DNA of 64,000 nt from Octopus vulgaris (taxonomy: Eukaryota): contig OX597828.1 in NCBI GenBank assembly GCA_951406725.2, positions 64,976,001 through 65,040,000 on the forward strand, written 5' to 3'. The translations under genes and the position numbers were made by a program. The notes beneath the pieces were generated by a model. It was not told the origin of the DNA and did not search any database. It saw nothing but the letters and a program-made list of their open reading frames with translations. Of this stretch, positions 13,301 through 25,560 are shown in pieces. Within the stretch, counting starts at the first letter, position 1; each line of letters opens with the position of its first letter.

Positions 13301-15214
13301 GATAAAGAGGTCCGGCCGGCCGTAAATGCGCACGTAGGTCAAGGCGTCTTGGGTCCTTTCACGCATATATCGCGGTCCTCCCGTGAAGGTGGAGGGTAGA
13401 ATGCATGGCTTGCCGATGTTGCGAGGGTCATTTTCTTGTTGCAAACCGTCACGGAGGTGAATGTAGGAGTCGGAGCGAAGTTTGGTCTGATTAAGTTTAA
13501 TGTATAGCAGCCTTTCCGATTCCATTTTTGCGGCCATGTCGACGGCGAACTGGTTGAATAGCTGACGACAACGGGGCAATAAGTTGAACTCACCCTCCCT
13601 GACCATGAACCGGTATGAGTAGAACGCCCTGCAGGAAACCGTCTTTGATGCCGCAGTAGTTTGATTGGAGGGCTGCCGTAAAGGAATTCCGAAGTGGTAG
13701 CCGTCTTCCCCATAAGGGAAAAGCAATGGATACTGAAGCGCGTCATAAGTTCTGTGAGTCTCGCTGATCCTGTGTAGGTTGTTACCACGGGAGGAGATGA
13801 TTATGTCACGGCTGTTGTGTTGCTCTCCGTGTATAACTGCGGCAATTTCGTTGCACGCAGGTGCGTTGAAACGGCGTTCGTGCTCCCCGTGGGGTCGTTT
13901 ATCAGCATCAATGACAACGGTGAAGTTTGGAGATGGAGCACTGTCCAAGGCATATCTGAAGCTGCAGACGTAGCTGTTGATATCATGAAGCATGGTTTGG
14001 AGACGGAGAAGAATGTCTTTGCGGGGAACATAGCTTGTACCCGGTATTATTCCAAGGCGTGCATCAACCTGGTGGTTGTAGTCGGCAATGAAGTATATTT
14101 GGAGGAAAGAAGACTGCTGAATATCGTCTGGCAGAAGTGACCCAATAAGATGGTAGACCTGTCCCTGCACTTTGAAAGTAGGCATCCAGCCTTCTCTGGG
14201 AGGAATTTTGGCCCCGAAAGAGGTCATTTGGAATGAGCAGTTGTACTTTCGAATTATTTCAAGGAATTGTGACGAATCGGGGGTTAAACCCGCCGCGAGA
14301 TCCTTCAGTGGTTGAGGTGGTTCCCGTAGGGGTGGCAGGTCCACTTTGCCACCAGAGCAGCACAAACCAGGTGGCTCTCCGGGCCATTTCTTGGCTTTGC
14401 AAAACTGGCATACAATTGTCATTGACCCTATCTTGATGTCGTCACGCAAGGAGAAGTTAATTGTGGCGTCGTAGTTGAATGCTAGTGACAACCAGAAAGC
14501 GGGGGCAGGGGTACGTACACCACGAATGATATCCCGACGTTTGTTGATACTCTCAAGTCGAGTGCACCGTGCCTCAGCAGATTCAGATGCACGTGCGACA
14601 GCGGTAGCAGTGGCATCCCTTGAAAGCCTTTCAGCTCTCGCCTCAGCACCCTCTGAAGCCCTAGCAGAAGCAGTGTTAATGGCATGTCTGGATGTCCGAA
14701 TAGTCCGTTGGTGTGGAGTTTCGGCAGATCGAGCCCTGGCTGTGTTTGCGGCGTTAGCAGCTTGGCGAGCTCTCCTCTGTTGAGGTGTTTCGGCAGCTTT
14801 GGCCATGGCTTTGTTTGCGGCGTCAGCATCTTGGCGAGTTCTCCTCTGCTGTGAGGTTTCGACAGATCGTGTCCTGGCGGTGCTAGTGGCGTTAGCCGCA
14901 TTCCGAATGGCCCTTTGTTCGGGGTTCTCGCGAGCTCTGCGGATGGAAGCACAGTAAGAAGCCCGCATGTTTTGGCTGGACTGTTGCTCTTTCGTCAACC
15001 TCGAGCGGAGGGAAGATCTGTACGCTGCGACCCTTGCAAGTCGGGTAGAACGGTCGCTAGTAGTTTCAGATGCCTGAGCAGCGGCATAACGGGAAGCTGT
15101 TTGCGAGAGGCGCAAGGCGGTTTCCTCGTGGGTCTCGCGTGCCCTTCTAGCCCTAGCAGCCGATGCCTTGGCCGTCCGAGGGCTGAGGAGGGTCCTTCTC
15201 TTCTTGGGTGGCAT
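10344..15214 (-). CDS. Helitron Rep/Helicase (HUH-Y2 Rep + PIF1-family SF1 helicase), ~1623 aa if one 1-nt frameshift near 13252 is corrected
   Basis: Starts MPPKKRR. Motifs: CQFC..CC Zn motif; DLFITYTCNP; VEWQKRGLPHAHIL (HUH); YVCKYINKG (Y2); DAPGGTGKT; WDECTM; SGDFRQTLPV; INKSQGQT; HGQLYVGCSRV. The two track ORFs join as ITRELL-PGQSHTHRHDIVARVF. Confidence 0.95.
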
Positions 15215-15334
15215 TTTGGTGGATAGCAATGTGTTTGGCAAAGGTGTAATAAAAAGGAACACGTGGGGTAAGTATTTTGGTGGATAGCAATGTGTTTGGT
15301 AAAGGTGTAATAAAAAGGAGCTCGTGGGGTAAGT
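15213..15334. repeat. 2 x 61 bp tandem repeat abutting the RepHel start codon
   Basis: ATTTTGGTGGATAGCAATGTGTTTGG.AAAGGTGTAATAAAAAGGA...CGTGGGGTAAGT at 15213 and 15274. Confidence 0.9.
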
Positions 15335-16358
15335 ATCCGAAAACGTATAAAAATGTACAAAAACGGCCAAAAAGCTGGCAGCAATGTGAGTGACAACAAC
15401 GAAAAAGTCAAAAGTGATCAAACTGAACAAAGGAAAGGAAAAGTTTTTTGATGCACACGACAAAAGTGGTTTATAATAAACCAAGAGTTTGCAAGTAGCG
15501 TCCGAGGACCGTTAGGGTACGTCAAAAATTGAAGGTAAAACGTTTGGGGTGGTAGTTATAAAGAAAGTTTAAACAAAAAAAGTATTCGAATAACTTGCGG
15601 CTGCAGCAGCTATTAGCAGAAGTGGCGGTGTTGGGGGTAAAGTCTCGAATGTAATTTCTTCCTGGTAGGAATTGGTTGAATCGAATTATCGATAGCTAAA
15701 AAGGTCAAGTTGCGTCCCCTAGACAGTCTGGTTTGTGTTTAATACACAAATTTGTTTGCTATGTGTGCCACATATGATTAAATTAACCGATTTTTTCCAA
15801 TAATGTATCCTATTGGAATAAAAAGGGCTATATAGCTCCTTGGAGCAGACATGATGCTCGTTGTGAAAAAAAAAAGATTCCTGCCAATTTGTGAAAGATA
15901 TTGTCGAAAATATGTCATCTGGAATTTGAACGCGATTTCCCAAAATGGCATGATTTTATCGATTGTTTCTGATGGTAAGGTATTGCATGGAAAACTAACG
16001 TCAGAATTGAGTTTCTTAGGGTAACATTAAGCTTCACCATGAGTTTGGTGAAAATCGATTGCAAGTTGTGAAAACTACCATAGATAATGCGTTGCATAAA
16101 AAAAGCTTAGATTCTCGAGTTGCGTCCCCTAGACAGTCTGTGGTTCATGTTTATGATTCTCGACCCCATGTCGAATTTATCAATTTTTTTCAGAACTGGG
16201 GGAACTTTTCAAAATTTTCGCTGCGTTAGTTTTGAATTATGACATTGGGCTATGTGTGTGTCAAGTTTCATCAGAATCGGTTGAAAGCCGTGGTCAGGGT
16301 GAGGGTACGAGAAAACAGACACACAGAAGCACGCACAGACAAACTGCCGTTTATATAT

Positions 16359-16431
<73 letters not shown>

Positions 16432-16559
16432 TGTAGACTCTCCGAGTTCGAGGAAGACGGTTTCTTACTGAAAAAAAACTGCACAAATGATTTTCTTATA
16501 GAGATCTAATGCATGTGCTGAATATTTGTTCGTTCCCTCCATCAAATCGCCGTTGCTGG

Positions 16560-16712
16560 TACAGCTGCACGGTGTGTTACATGTCAGGTGTCGAAGTGAT
16601 CACAGAGCAGCATGAGATGAAATATCTTGCTCAAGAATGCAAAGCAGCCACCATCCCAGAAAAAGAAACCTCGATCTCACTATCACAAATGCAACGCTCT
16701 AACCACTACAGC
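16560..16712 (-). mobile_element. Diverged tRNA-derived SINE fragment
   Basis: Reverse complement TAGTGGTTAGAGCGTTG...TTCTTGAGCAAGATATTTCAT resembles the head/core of the SINE at 8521. Confidence 0.6.
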
Positions 16713-16787
16713 ACACACACATACACATATACACTCACGCACACAAATACACACACAGAAACACACACACACACACACATACACGCA

Positions 16788-16831
<44 letters not shown>

Positions 16832-16893
16832 TATACACAGACATATACATACATATAAATACACATACACTCAAACACACACACACACACGCG

Positions 16894-16935
<42 letters not shown>

Positions 16936-17213
16936 CATATACAGACATATAAATGCACATACGCACATACACTTACATAATGTTTTCTTTATATATTCAG
17001 TTTATATTTACTGTTCCCTGAACTTACAATCATAGCTGTGCCTGCCATTCGATAAACTATTGTCAGTAAATAGACAAATATTTACAGAAGAACTATGTTC
17101 ATGACTAAGACAAATAGTTAAGTGGCGCGCATTTTTCTCATATATTATGAACGCTTAGAAATACGGAGTGTTTTCATTATTGTTCATATCAACATTATAT
17201 GTATCTATAGGTG

Positions 17214-17252
<39 letters not shown>

Positions 17253-17305
17253 TTATTTATATGTGTGTGTGTGTGTGTCTATGTGTATGTATGTGTGTGT
17301 ACGCG

Positions 17306-17352
<47 letters not shown>

Positions 17353-17433
17353 CGAACATTGTTCATTAAACAATATACTGCCCTCGGCAGATGAAGTACT
17401 TTGTGGTTGATCTTACCTTCTCAGAACAGTATG

Positions 17434-17494
<61 letters not shown>

Positions 17495-17714
17495 GGTGGG
17501 TGTGAGGATGGGGTGTATCTGTGTGTAGCAATTTTGAAAATATATTAAAAGTTTCTGGTATAGATTTATGCCGGTCCACTTCGGTAACATTTAAAGTTTG
17601 GATTTATATCCTTGGTAATTTCATCACAATAATCAATTTTGACTTATGTAGATAGACTTTGGTAGGAAAATGTCGGGTTTGAATATATACATATATGGAT
17701 TGCCAATATATATA

Positions 17715-18094
17715 TCTCTCTATATATAAACGGCAGTTTGTCTGTGCGTTTTCTGTGTGTCTGTTTGCTTGTACCCTCACCCTGACCACGGCTTTCAACC
17801 GATTCTGATGAAACTTGACACACACATAGCCCAATGTCATAATTCAAAACTAACGCAGCGAAAATTTTGAAAAGTTCCCCCAGTTCTGAAAAAAATCGAT
17901 AAATTCGACATGGGGTCGAGAATCAGAAACACAAACCGCAAACTGTCTAGGGGACGCAACTCCACCTTTTTTAACTAAAAAAAAAATTTACCATCATTTT
18001 TTTCCATTTTTTTGCTATTTTTTGGCTATAACTCTCTAAAATGCTTTATAGTTATTTCCCTTACAAACCTGAGCAACGCCGGGCGATACTGCTA

Positions 18095-18095
<1 letters not shown>
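17715..18095 (+). mobile_element. Non-autonomous Helitron (~380 bp) related to the full-length element
   Basis: First ~245 bp nearly identical to the reverse complement of 16116-16363. Ends CTTACAAACCTGAGCAACGCCGGGCGATACTGCTAG|T. Inserted in (TA)n. Confidence 0.95.
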
Positions 18096-18153
<58 letters not shown>

Positions 18154-18303
18154 CAATCCATGACAATTTGTGTAAAGAGTAGCTTATCCTGCATTCCATA
18201 TTTGAGATGTATATATACATATATATGTATATATATTTGAGATGTATATATGTATATATATATATATATGTATATATATATGTACATATATACATACATA
18301 TAG

Positions 18304-18338
<35 letters not shown>

Positions 18339-18502
18339 GTATGTATATTTATATATATACATATATATACATACACACATATATATTGTACATATATATA
18401 TATATGTATATATATATATATTTGCATATATATATATATACATACATATAGTATAGGTATATGTATATATATATTTCTATATATGAATGTTTGTATGTAT
18501 GT

Positions 18503-18930
18503 ATTAAAAAGCTACGAGCCCTTCAAAACCAGGCTGTTATAACAACTGGTTCTGAAACTCGACAGCAATGTTGGGATCTATGGCACTGTGTAGGAACGAC
18601 CTTTTCTGGCATTTGTGTAGCTTCGCTGGATTGCTTCAAGGTCCGCTGTTAATTTTACCCCATGGGGTGACCACAGTTGGGTGTAGTAGTCCAGGGACCG
18701 AGGACAAAGCACAAAGTGGATATAGGTCTTTTCAAAACATAACTGGATGTCTTCCTGTCGAGTGTCCCAGATGAGCCTACCTCGCGGCAGGGAGCGCAAA
18801 TGAGGGAAGCAACATCAAACTCTCTTATTTTCCAAATGCCACATATCAGAGGATGCTCTCAATAATAACAGTGTAGTAGATCGGCGGTGCCCCAGCATGA
18901 GCGCAGCTTTGAGCTGAAACCGATAAAATA
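18503..18930 (+). mobile_element. CR1/L2-like LINE 3' end with inverted 5' segment
   Basis: Minus 18717-18503 encodes [58 protein letters not shown]. Plus 18719-18850 encodes DIGLFKT*LDVFLSSVPDEPT..SNSL, followed by 3' tail GGCGGTGCCCCAGCATG..GCTGAAAC. Confidence 0.8.
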
Positions 18931-18942
18931 TTATCTTCATAT

Positions 18943-18988
<46 letters not shown>

Positions 18989-20574
18989 CTCATAATATAA
19001 AATAAAAGAATGTTTGCCCCATACGTTTTATACCCTCCTGTATAAAAACGGTTAATATCTATTTAGCTAGTTTCAAGTCTTTTAAGTCTTTCATCAGAGA
19101 ACGACTTGATTTTTCTGTTCACAGATTAATTGTAGCTCATAGCTACTTATATATACTTACTACTTTAAAGCTATACTGCTAAAATCTCTTAATCTAAATT
19201 ATGTTATAAACGTGGATTAAACTACATTTTAAGCTACAAACAAGAACTTCACTAAACTGATCAGTGTATCTGTAACGGTTCAAGAAATAATAACGGGGTT
19301 CATTTAAATCAATCAGTTCGGGTAGTCTTATCCAAACTAGATTATCCAGTCGAGAGGTATCCTAATCTGTGTTCATCATAAATAGCTGGAGGCTACTACA
19401 CTCAACATAGAAAAAAGATAGGTATCTTTTTAATTAGCTACCTTTAGTGGATGAATGCGTAAGAATATTACAAATTATCCACATCGTTTTCCCGTATTTT
19501 GACCATGTAGAGACCTATGTTGCAAGCAAGTCTTTTCATGACTGGGCTAAACTTTATATTTATTTAGTATTGTTTTTTTAACACGATATACCCTACACAT
19601 CAAAGCCACCCAAATGGCTGCGTAAGGCGTTATGTATTAATTAGCTATGTCTGTATGCACTATGACTGACCTTTTTAGCTGAGTTGTGCTTACACACTAT
19701 AAATAACAATAAGCTACAAATCTCTCCGGGTGAGAAAATGGCTACATTTTATCTGATAAATATGTAATCTCGTAACAACTCTCCAAGTAAGTCCCAACGT
19801 TTCCCCGCTCATACAAACTAAACATGCGATGTAAGGACTATTTACTTCAATGCCGAATTTGAAGGATTATGAAATACTTTACTATATATTTTGAATTATC
19901 CAAAAAGACTATGTGAAATAATATGTCTGTGCATTTGTCATTGTGTGCATACAGTATGTGTGAGGAATAAGTTTGTAGGCTCTTATTGTAAGCATTTTGT
20001 GTTGACCAAGATTGTTTTATCCTCAGATTTTATATTTATGTATTTACTTTGTATTTTTACAATGCTTTTTTATATTGTCTTTATGTATTTATTGTATTCT
20101 TGTTTCAGTTAAAACAATATACTTGAAAAATACAAATTAGATATGCATACATCGAGAAAGACATAAATATACAGAGTTGATAGTTTGGGAATGAATAATA
20201 GTGTAATGATAACTTGTGGACGGAAGAAGTAAAAGCAGAAGGAGGGAATTCTAAATAGACAACTCAAGAAGGAAAGTTATATCGAAAGGCGTTGGTGAGA
20301 GATACCGAAATAGACTGGCAAAAGCAAATTAAAAGCTGCAGAGATAGAGAGGCAGAGAATGTAGAATATTGATCCAATTATTGAGAGTTTGGTAGTGAGA
20401 GATAGGTAGGCAGATGAGTTAAGATATATGCGAAAAGGGGGAATGAATGAAAGATTTATAGATGAGTAGCTGTGAGAGAGTTGGGTGGATTAGATTATGG
20501 ATAATATAAGGGTGATATATAAATGGCAGGCTATGTATGAATCTACGCAAGAGAACACGTAGGAAAAATATGTG

Positions 20575-21125
<551 letters not shown>

Positions 21126-21904
21126 TAAATGAGAAATGAGGAGAGAGATATGCCGATAACGAAATGGAGAGTAAACAGTAGAAAAATGAAATAAAATTCT
21201 CATATGTAGTGAAGTGCCGGCTAACTCACATTTTGATTTAATTAATCACACTGAATCTGATACTGGAAATATTTACGGGAAATTAAATTTCCACAGTCCG
21301 TGTCAATGTTATATGAATTGTTTATACTAATATAAAATCAAAACAAATGTAAAATAATACAAAATAGTAATATTATATTTTCCCTTTGCTCGGTTTGCTT
21401 CCGAACAGTATGTATTTAATTTAATATTATTTCATCGAATGTGCAATGACAATTGGGAAATCTGCAAAATCATAAATATGATAAAATGATCATAAACTTC
21501 TATATTTACCTTATGAGATATTATATTAAAAAGATTTCTGATACTAACTGAATTAGATCCTTCAAAACAAACTATAATACAACACTAATATATGTGATGA
21601 TTGTGAGAAGAATTGAATCCATGAATAGAGAAATGATTTAATAAATATTACACTGAGTTCTTCGAAGATTTTCTTTATTGCTCGATGCAGAAAGAAAGTA
21701 ACTATCAGCACGTTCAAGCATACAAGAACGCAGAACTCCCAATTAATGACCACACATTCATTTTGTTTTTTCAAGGTATCTCATTTTGATGTATTATTTA
21801 AAGAACCTTTTTATATATATTTCATGGAAAAATATTTTGTTCCTAGCACTTAAATAAATATGTATTCTGTAATGCAAATGCACGCACACACTCACACACA
21901 TACA

Positions 21905-21946
<42 letters not shown>

Positions 21947-22194
21947 AATATGTATGTATGTAAGTGAGTGTGTGTGTATAAAAGTACACAAATGGGGTTT
22001 AAAATTCACGACAGCTGTTTCAGTAGTATTTTATTGATGAATTCTTAGATTACATCATGACAAAAATCAGTGGTAGGTTGAAATTTCAAGTTTACCAACT
22101 GGAAGACCTGACGAACTTTTATGTATCAAGCTGAGTAAAGGGAAAGCAACGTTTTGAAACATGAAATTCATCACAATCTATTTCAACTATGTAG

Positions 22195-23000
22195 AAATTT
22201 TATTCAGCAAAGCAAGTACGATTACAATCAACGCATTTTCAGCCAACGAGTTACGAGTTCGTTTATTCCGGTAATATATATATCTGGAGTTCTGGAGCTG
22301 ATGAACTTGTTGAACGCACTTTCAGCATCGGTTTTATTTTTGAACTCCTTTTCTCGCAGGAAACAATCAAGATGCTTAAAAAGTGCGAGTCGGAAGGAGA
22401 AAGGTCTGGGGAATAAGCTGGGTGGGGAAGAATTTCGTAGCCAAGTTCCCTCAACTTCTGGAGCTTCATTAGTGAAACGTGTGGTCGAGCATTGTCATGA
22501 AGAATGATTGATCCTCTTCTGTTGATCGGTCTGAGACGGAGGAATAGCAGTTTTTCGTTCATTTTGGTAATTTCACCGCAATATGTTTCTGCAGTAACGG
22601 TTTTTCAGAGTTTTATGAAGTTTTAGTGGATGATTCCAGCAGTACACCACCAAACAGTCACCATAACCTTCTGCTTGGGGAGCTCAGATTAAGGGAAGGT
22701 TTTTTTGTGCTTCATTTTAGTCTAGCCAACGGGAAAAACGTTCTTTATTATTGTACAGAAAGCACTTTTCATCGCAAGTTACAATACGGTCTAGAAATGG
22801 ATCGGTCTGGCTACGGAGAAGAAGCAACGAACAAATTTCATATCTGCGCATTTTCTGATTTTCATTCAAATCATGGGGTACACATTTGTCGAGCTTTCTT
22901 GATATTCCGATCGCCTGCAAATAGTTGCAGGCAGTTTTCTAGCTAACTTCAATCTTTTTTTTTTGCCAGTTCTCGAATGGTTATAGGTGGATCTTTCTCA
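22195..23000 (-). mobile_element. Degenerate mariner transposase relic
   Basis: CVPHDL (WVPHEL motif), IVTCDEK, LHDNARPH and HPAYSPDLSPSD, with frameshifts. Confidence 0.9.
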
Positions 23001-23821
23001 ATGACGGTCTTTAATCAGGGCAGTTTGAATAATTATCTCCAGGCTCTTCCTTTGCCAATTCTCCAGCGGAGTTCTCGTTGCCTGGAGGACCTCAATCTTT
23101 TCTACACCCAGCAGCATTACTGCCACCAGCGGTACATAAATCACAGACAATGTGATGGTGGAATACATCTTTCAGAACAGAAAATCTCGATAAAATTCAG
23201 AACTATTTTCTGAAGGTTCATTAGGATATGCACATGTTTTGATCTAATAAAACCTCATCAGCGACTCATGGTAATTCCATGATTCTTCAATGACATAAGT
23301 ATTCATTTATCTGCGCTCCTTTGTGTCCGTTGTTTTTAATGTGTGTCAAGTGTACAATATCATTATATTATTCTAGTATTATTATATATTAAATATAAAA
23401 GATAAAGAGTCAAATTATTGCAAATTTCATTTTATATCTTCGTTTCTTTTATATATTTTCAATAAAGAAGACAAGGGATCGAAATACTTGGAAATTTCAT
23501 AATCATCTCTTCCTTTCTTTTCAAACATTTCTCTTCTATCATTTTCTTTATCTTTCTTTTTAACTCTTTGCTGCAGACATGTCATAACTAAATCACTCTC
23601 TTTCCCCAATGGGCTACACAACTTCTGAAAACTATAAACATATTTTATAAGCGGTGCGTTTAAATCACCTTGAACAATATTTATATTCCCCGAAAACATC
23701 ATTGCTTTCAAACGTAGTTTCACACTCACCCAAACCCAAAGAATTGGTGATGTATGATCCAGAAACGGAATAACAATGGAGGTTGAATTATTATAATAGA
23801 TCCACATATATACACACATAC

Positions 23822-23860
<39 letters not shown>

Positions 23861-23928
23861 AGAGAGAGAGAAAGAGAGAGAGATACATGCATACATACAT
23901 ACATATATATATATACATATACATATAC

Positions 23929-23966
<38 letters not shown>

Positions 23967-23979
23967 ATGTATATATGTA

Positions 23980-24017
<38 letters not shown>

Positions 24018-24133
24018 TGTATATATAAATATATGTGTGTGTGTGTGTAAACATATTTATATGTGCTCTTATAAATATATGTTGCTAAATGTATATGTGT
24101 GTTAGTCCTCTCCATAAATCAGACGGCTTGAAT

Positions 24134-24666
24134 TGTTAAAATATACGGATAGAGATTAGAATAGAGATACTGATCACTTGAAAAGTAAGTATCAACCATA
24201 GTCATTTTTCTCCTTGGCTCTCGTTACAAACCCAACTATTTTGGCTTCATCATTTTGCCCCGTACTCACACACAATGGGAATGACATATTTATTTACTGG
24301 CAACAGTTATCCTTCATTATCAAATATTCGTTCATCTTAAATCATTTCTTTAATATAATAGAAAATTGATTCATATATGGAGTCGATGAGTATATTTCGA
24401 ACCAGAAATCTCTTGCTATCGATGATAAATCAATAACGTACATCCATATATACATACACATGTACATGCGCCCACTGACACCCAAACCAAATAACACACA
24501 CAATACACCCAACACATATATTATGTATATGTTTGCGAGTGTGTCTGTGTGTGTGCTTGTTTGTGTCTGTTTGTTTCTATTAAACTCATATCATGTTAAA
24601 ATATACGGATAGAGATTAGAATAGAGATACTGATCACTTGAAAAGTAAGTATCAACCATAGTCATT
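24134..24666 (+). repeat. 73 bp exact direct repeat (24134-24206 and 24594-24666)
   Basis: TGTTAAAATATACGGATAGAGATTAGAATAGAGATACTGATCACTTGAAAAGTAAGTATCAACCATAGTCATT occurs twice. Confidence 0.93.
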
Positions 24667-25284
24667 CACTTCCAGAGTTTAACCCTCCAGTGCTGCGGTG
24701 TGGTATCTCATACCTCACGTGATGTTTCTATATGTATATCTAACATCTGGCAGCAGTGGTAATGCTCTCCATCCATGTAATTTCATGGTGCACTCCACTG
24801 AGTTACTTGCTGAGTGATGAGAAGTGTACACATGTGCTATTTTGTGTTTGGGGTTGCGCATATCCCACCATACCATCCTTTATATCATTTATTGACAGCT
24901 ACATTTTTGTTTCTTTTTCTTTAATATTGTTTGTTTTACTTACTAATCTTTATACCCGAAAGGCTGATTATTTCTCGCATAAAATCATATGTTATTGTCA
25001 ACTAACCAACATTCTTTTTTTTGTTATTAGATGGTTTTGAATGCCATAAAAGTACAAAATCTTCTTCCCTTTTAGATTCACAATGGACAACGAAAGACAA
25101 ATGGAAAAATTGAGAGAGATGGTTGTGAGAAAATTAGACATAGAAGAATTAGGATTATTTCTTGATGAAGAACCAGATGAAGAGGAAGAAAAGAATATAG
25201 CTTAGGAAGAAACAACAGATTAAGAAGAAATTACAGAGGATGAGAGAGGAACTGAAGCAGGTGGCATGTTGCAGACTTCACAAT

Positions 25285-25560
25285 ATGATGGAAAGTGAAG
25301 AAAGTAAAGATCGTGCCAAATAGTGTTGGGTCGTTGAGAACAGTATCAGAAGACATCAAAAGGAATATAAAAGAAATTGGAACAGAGTGTCCAGTAGAAC
25401 TCTTACAAGACGTTTGCCTCCTTGGCACGGCAAAAATTATCAGGAAAGTACGAGACAGTTAAAAAGAACACATAGCCTGGTTCTGTAGGCTGCAGGCTGC
25501 AGGCAGTAAGTCCGCTACGCATGCAAGATTCCATGAGTTCCCTCCCCCCCAAAAAAACCC
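25285..25560 (+). mobile_element. 3' end of R4/Dong-like (restriction-like endonuclease) non-LTR retrotransposon
   Basis: WKVKKVKIVPNSVGSLRTVS...LLQDVCLLGTAKIIRKV matches the typical VPIVVGALG..LQK..LLGTARILRKVL C-terminus. Confidence 0.75.

Noticed and set aside
10277-15411. Short ORFs overlapping RepHel in other frames/strands
   Set aside because: Expected shadows of a GC-rich coding region; no recognisable motifs.
15215-15484. Hydrophobic 90-aa N-terminal extension of the 761-aa ORF
   Set aside because: The track start is a non-ATG codon and the extension crosses the 61 bp tandem repeat; the first ATG gives MPPKKRR at 15214.
23427-23760. Charged ORF segment (..KESDLVMTCLQQRVKKKDKEND..)
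   Set aside because: No recognisable domain or convincing splice boundaries; could be a decayed TE.
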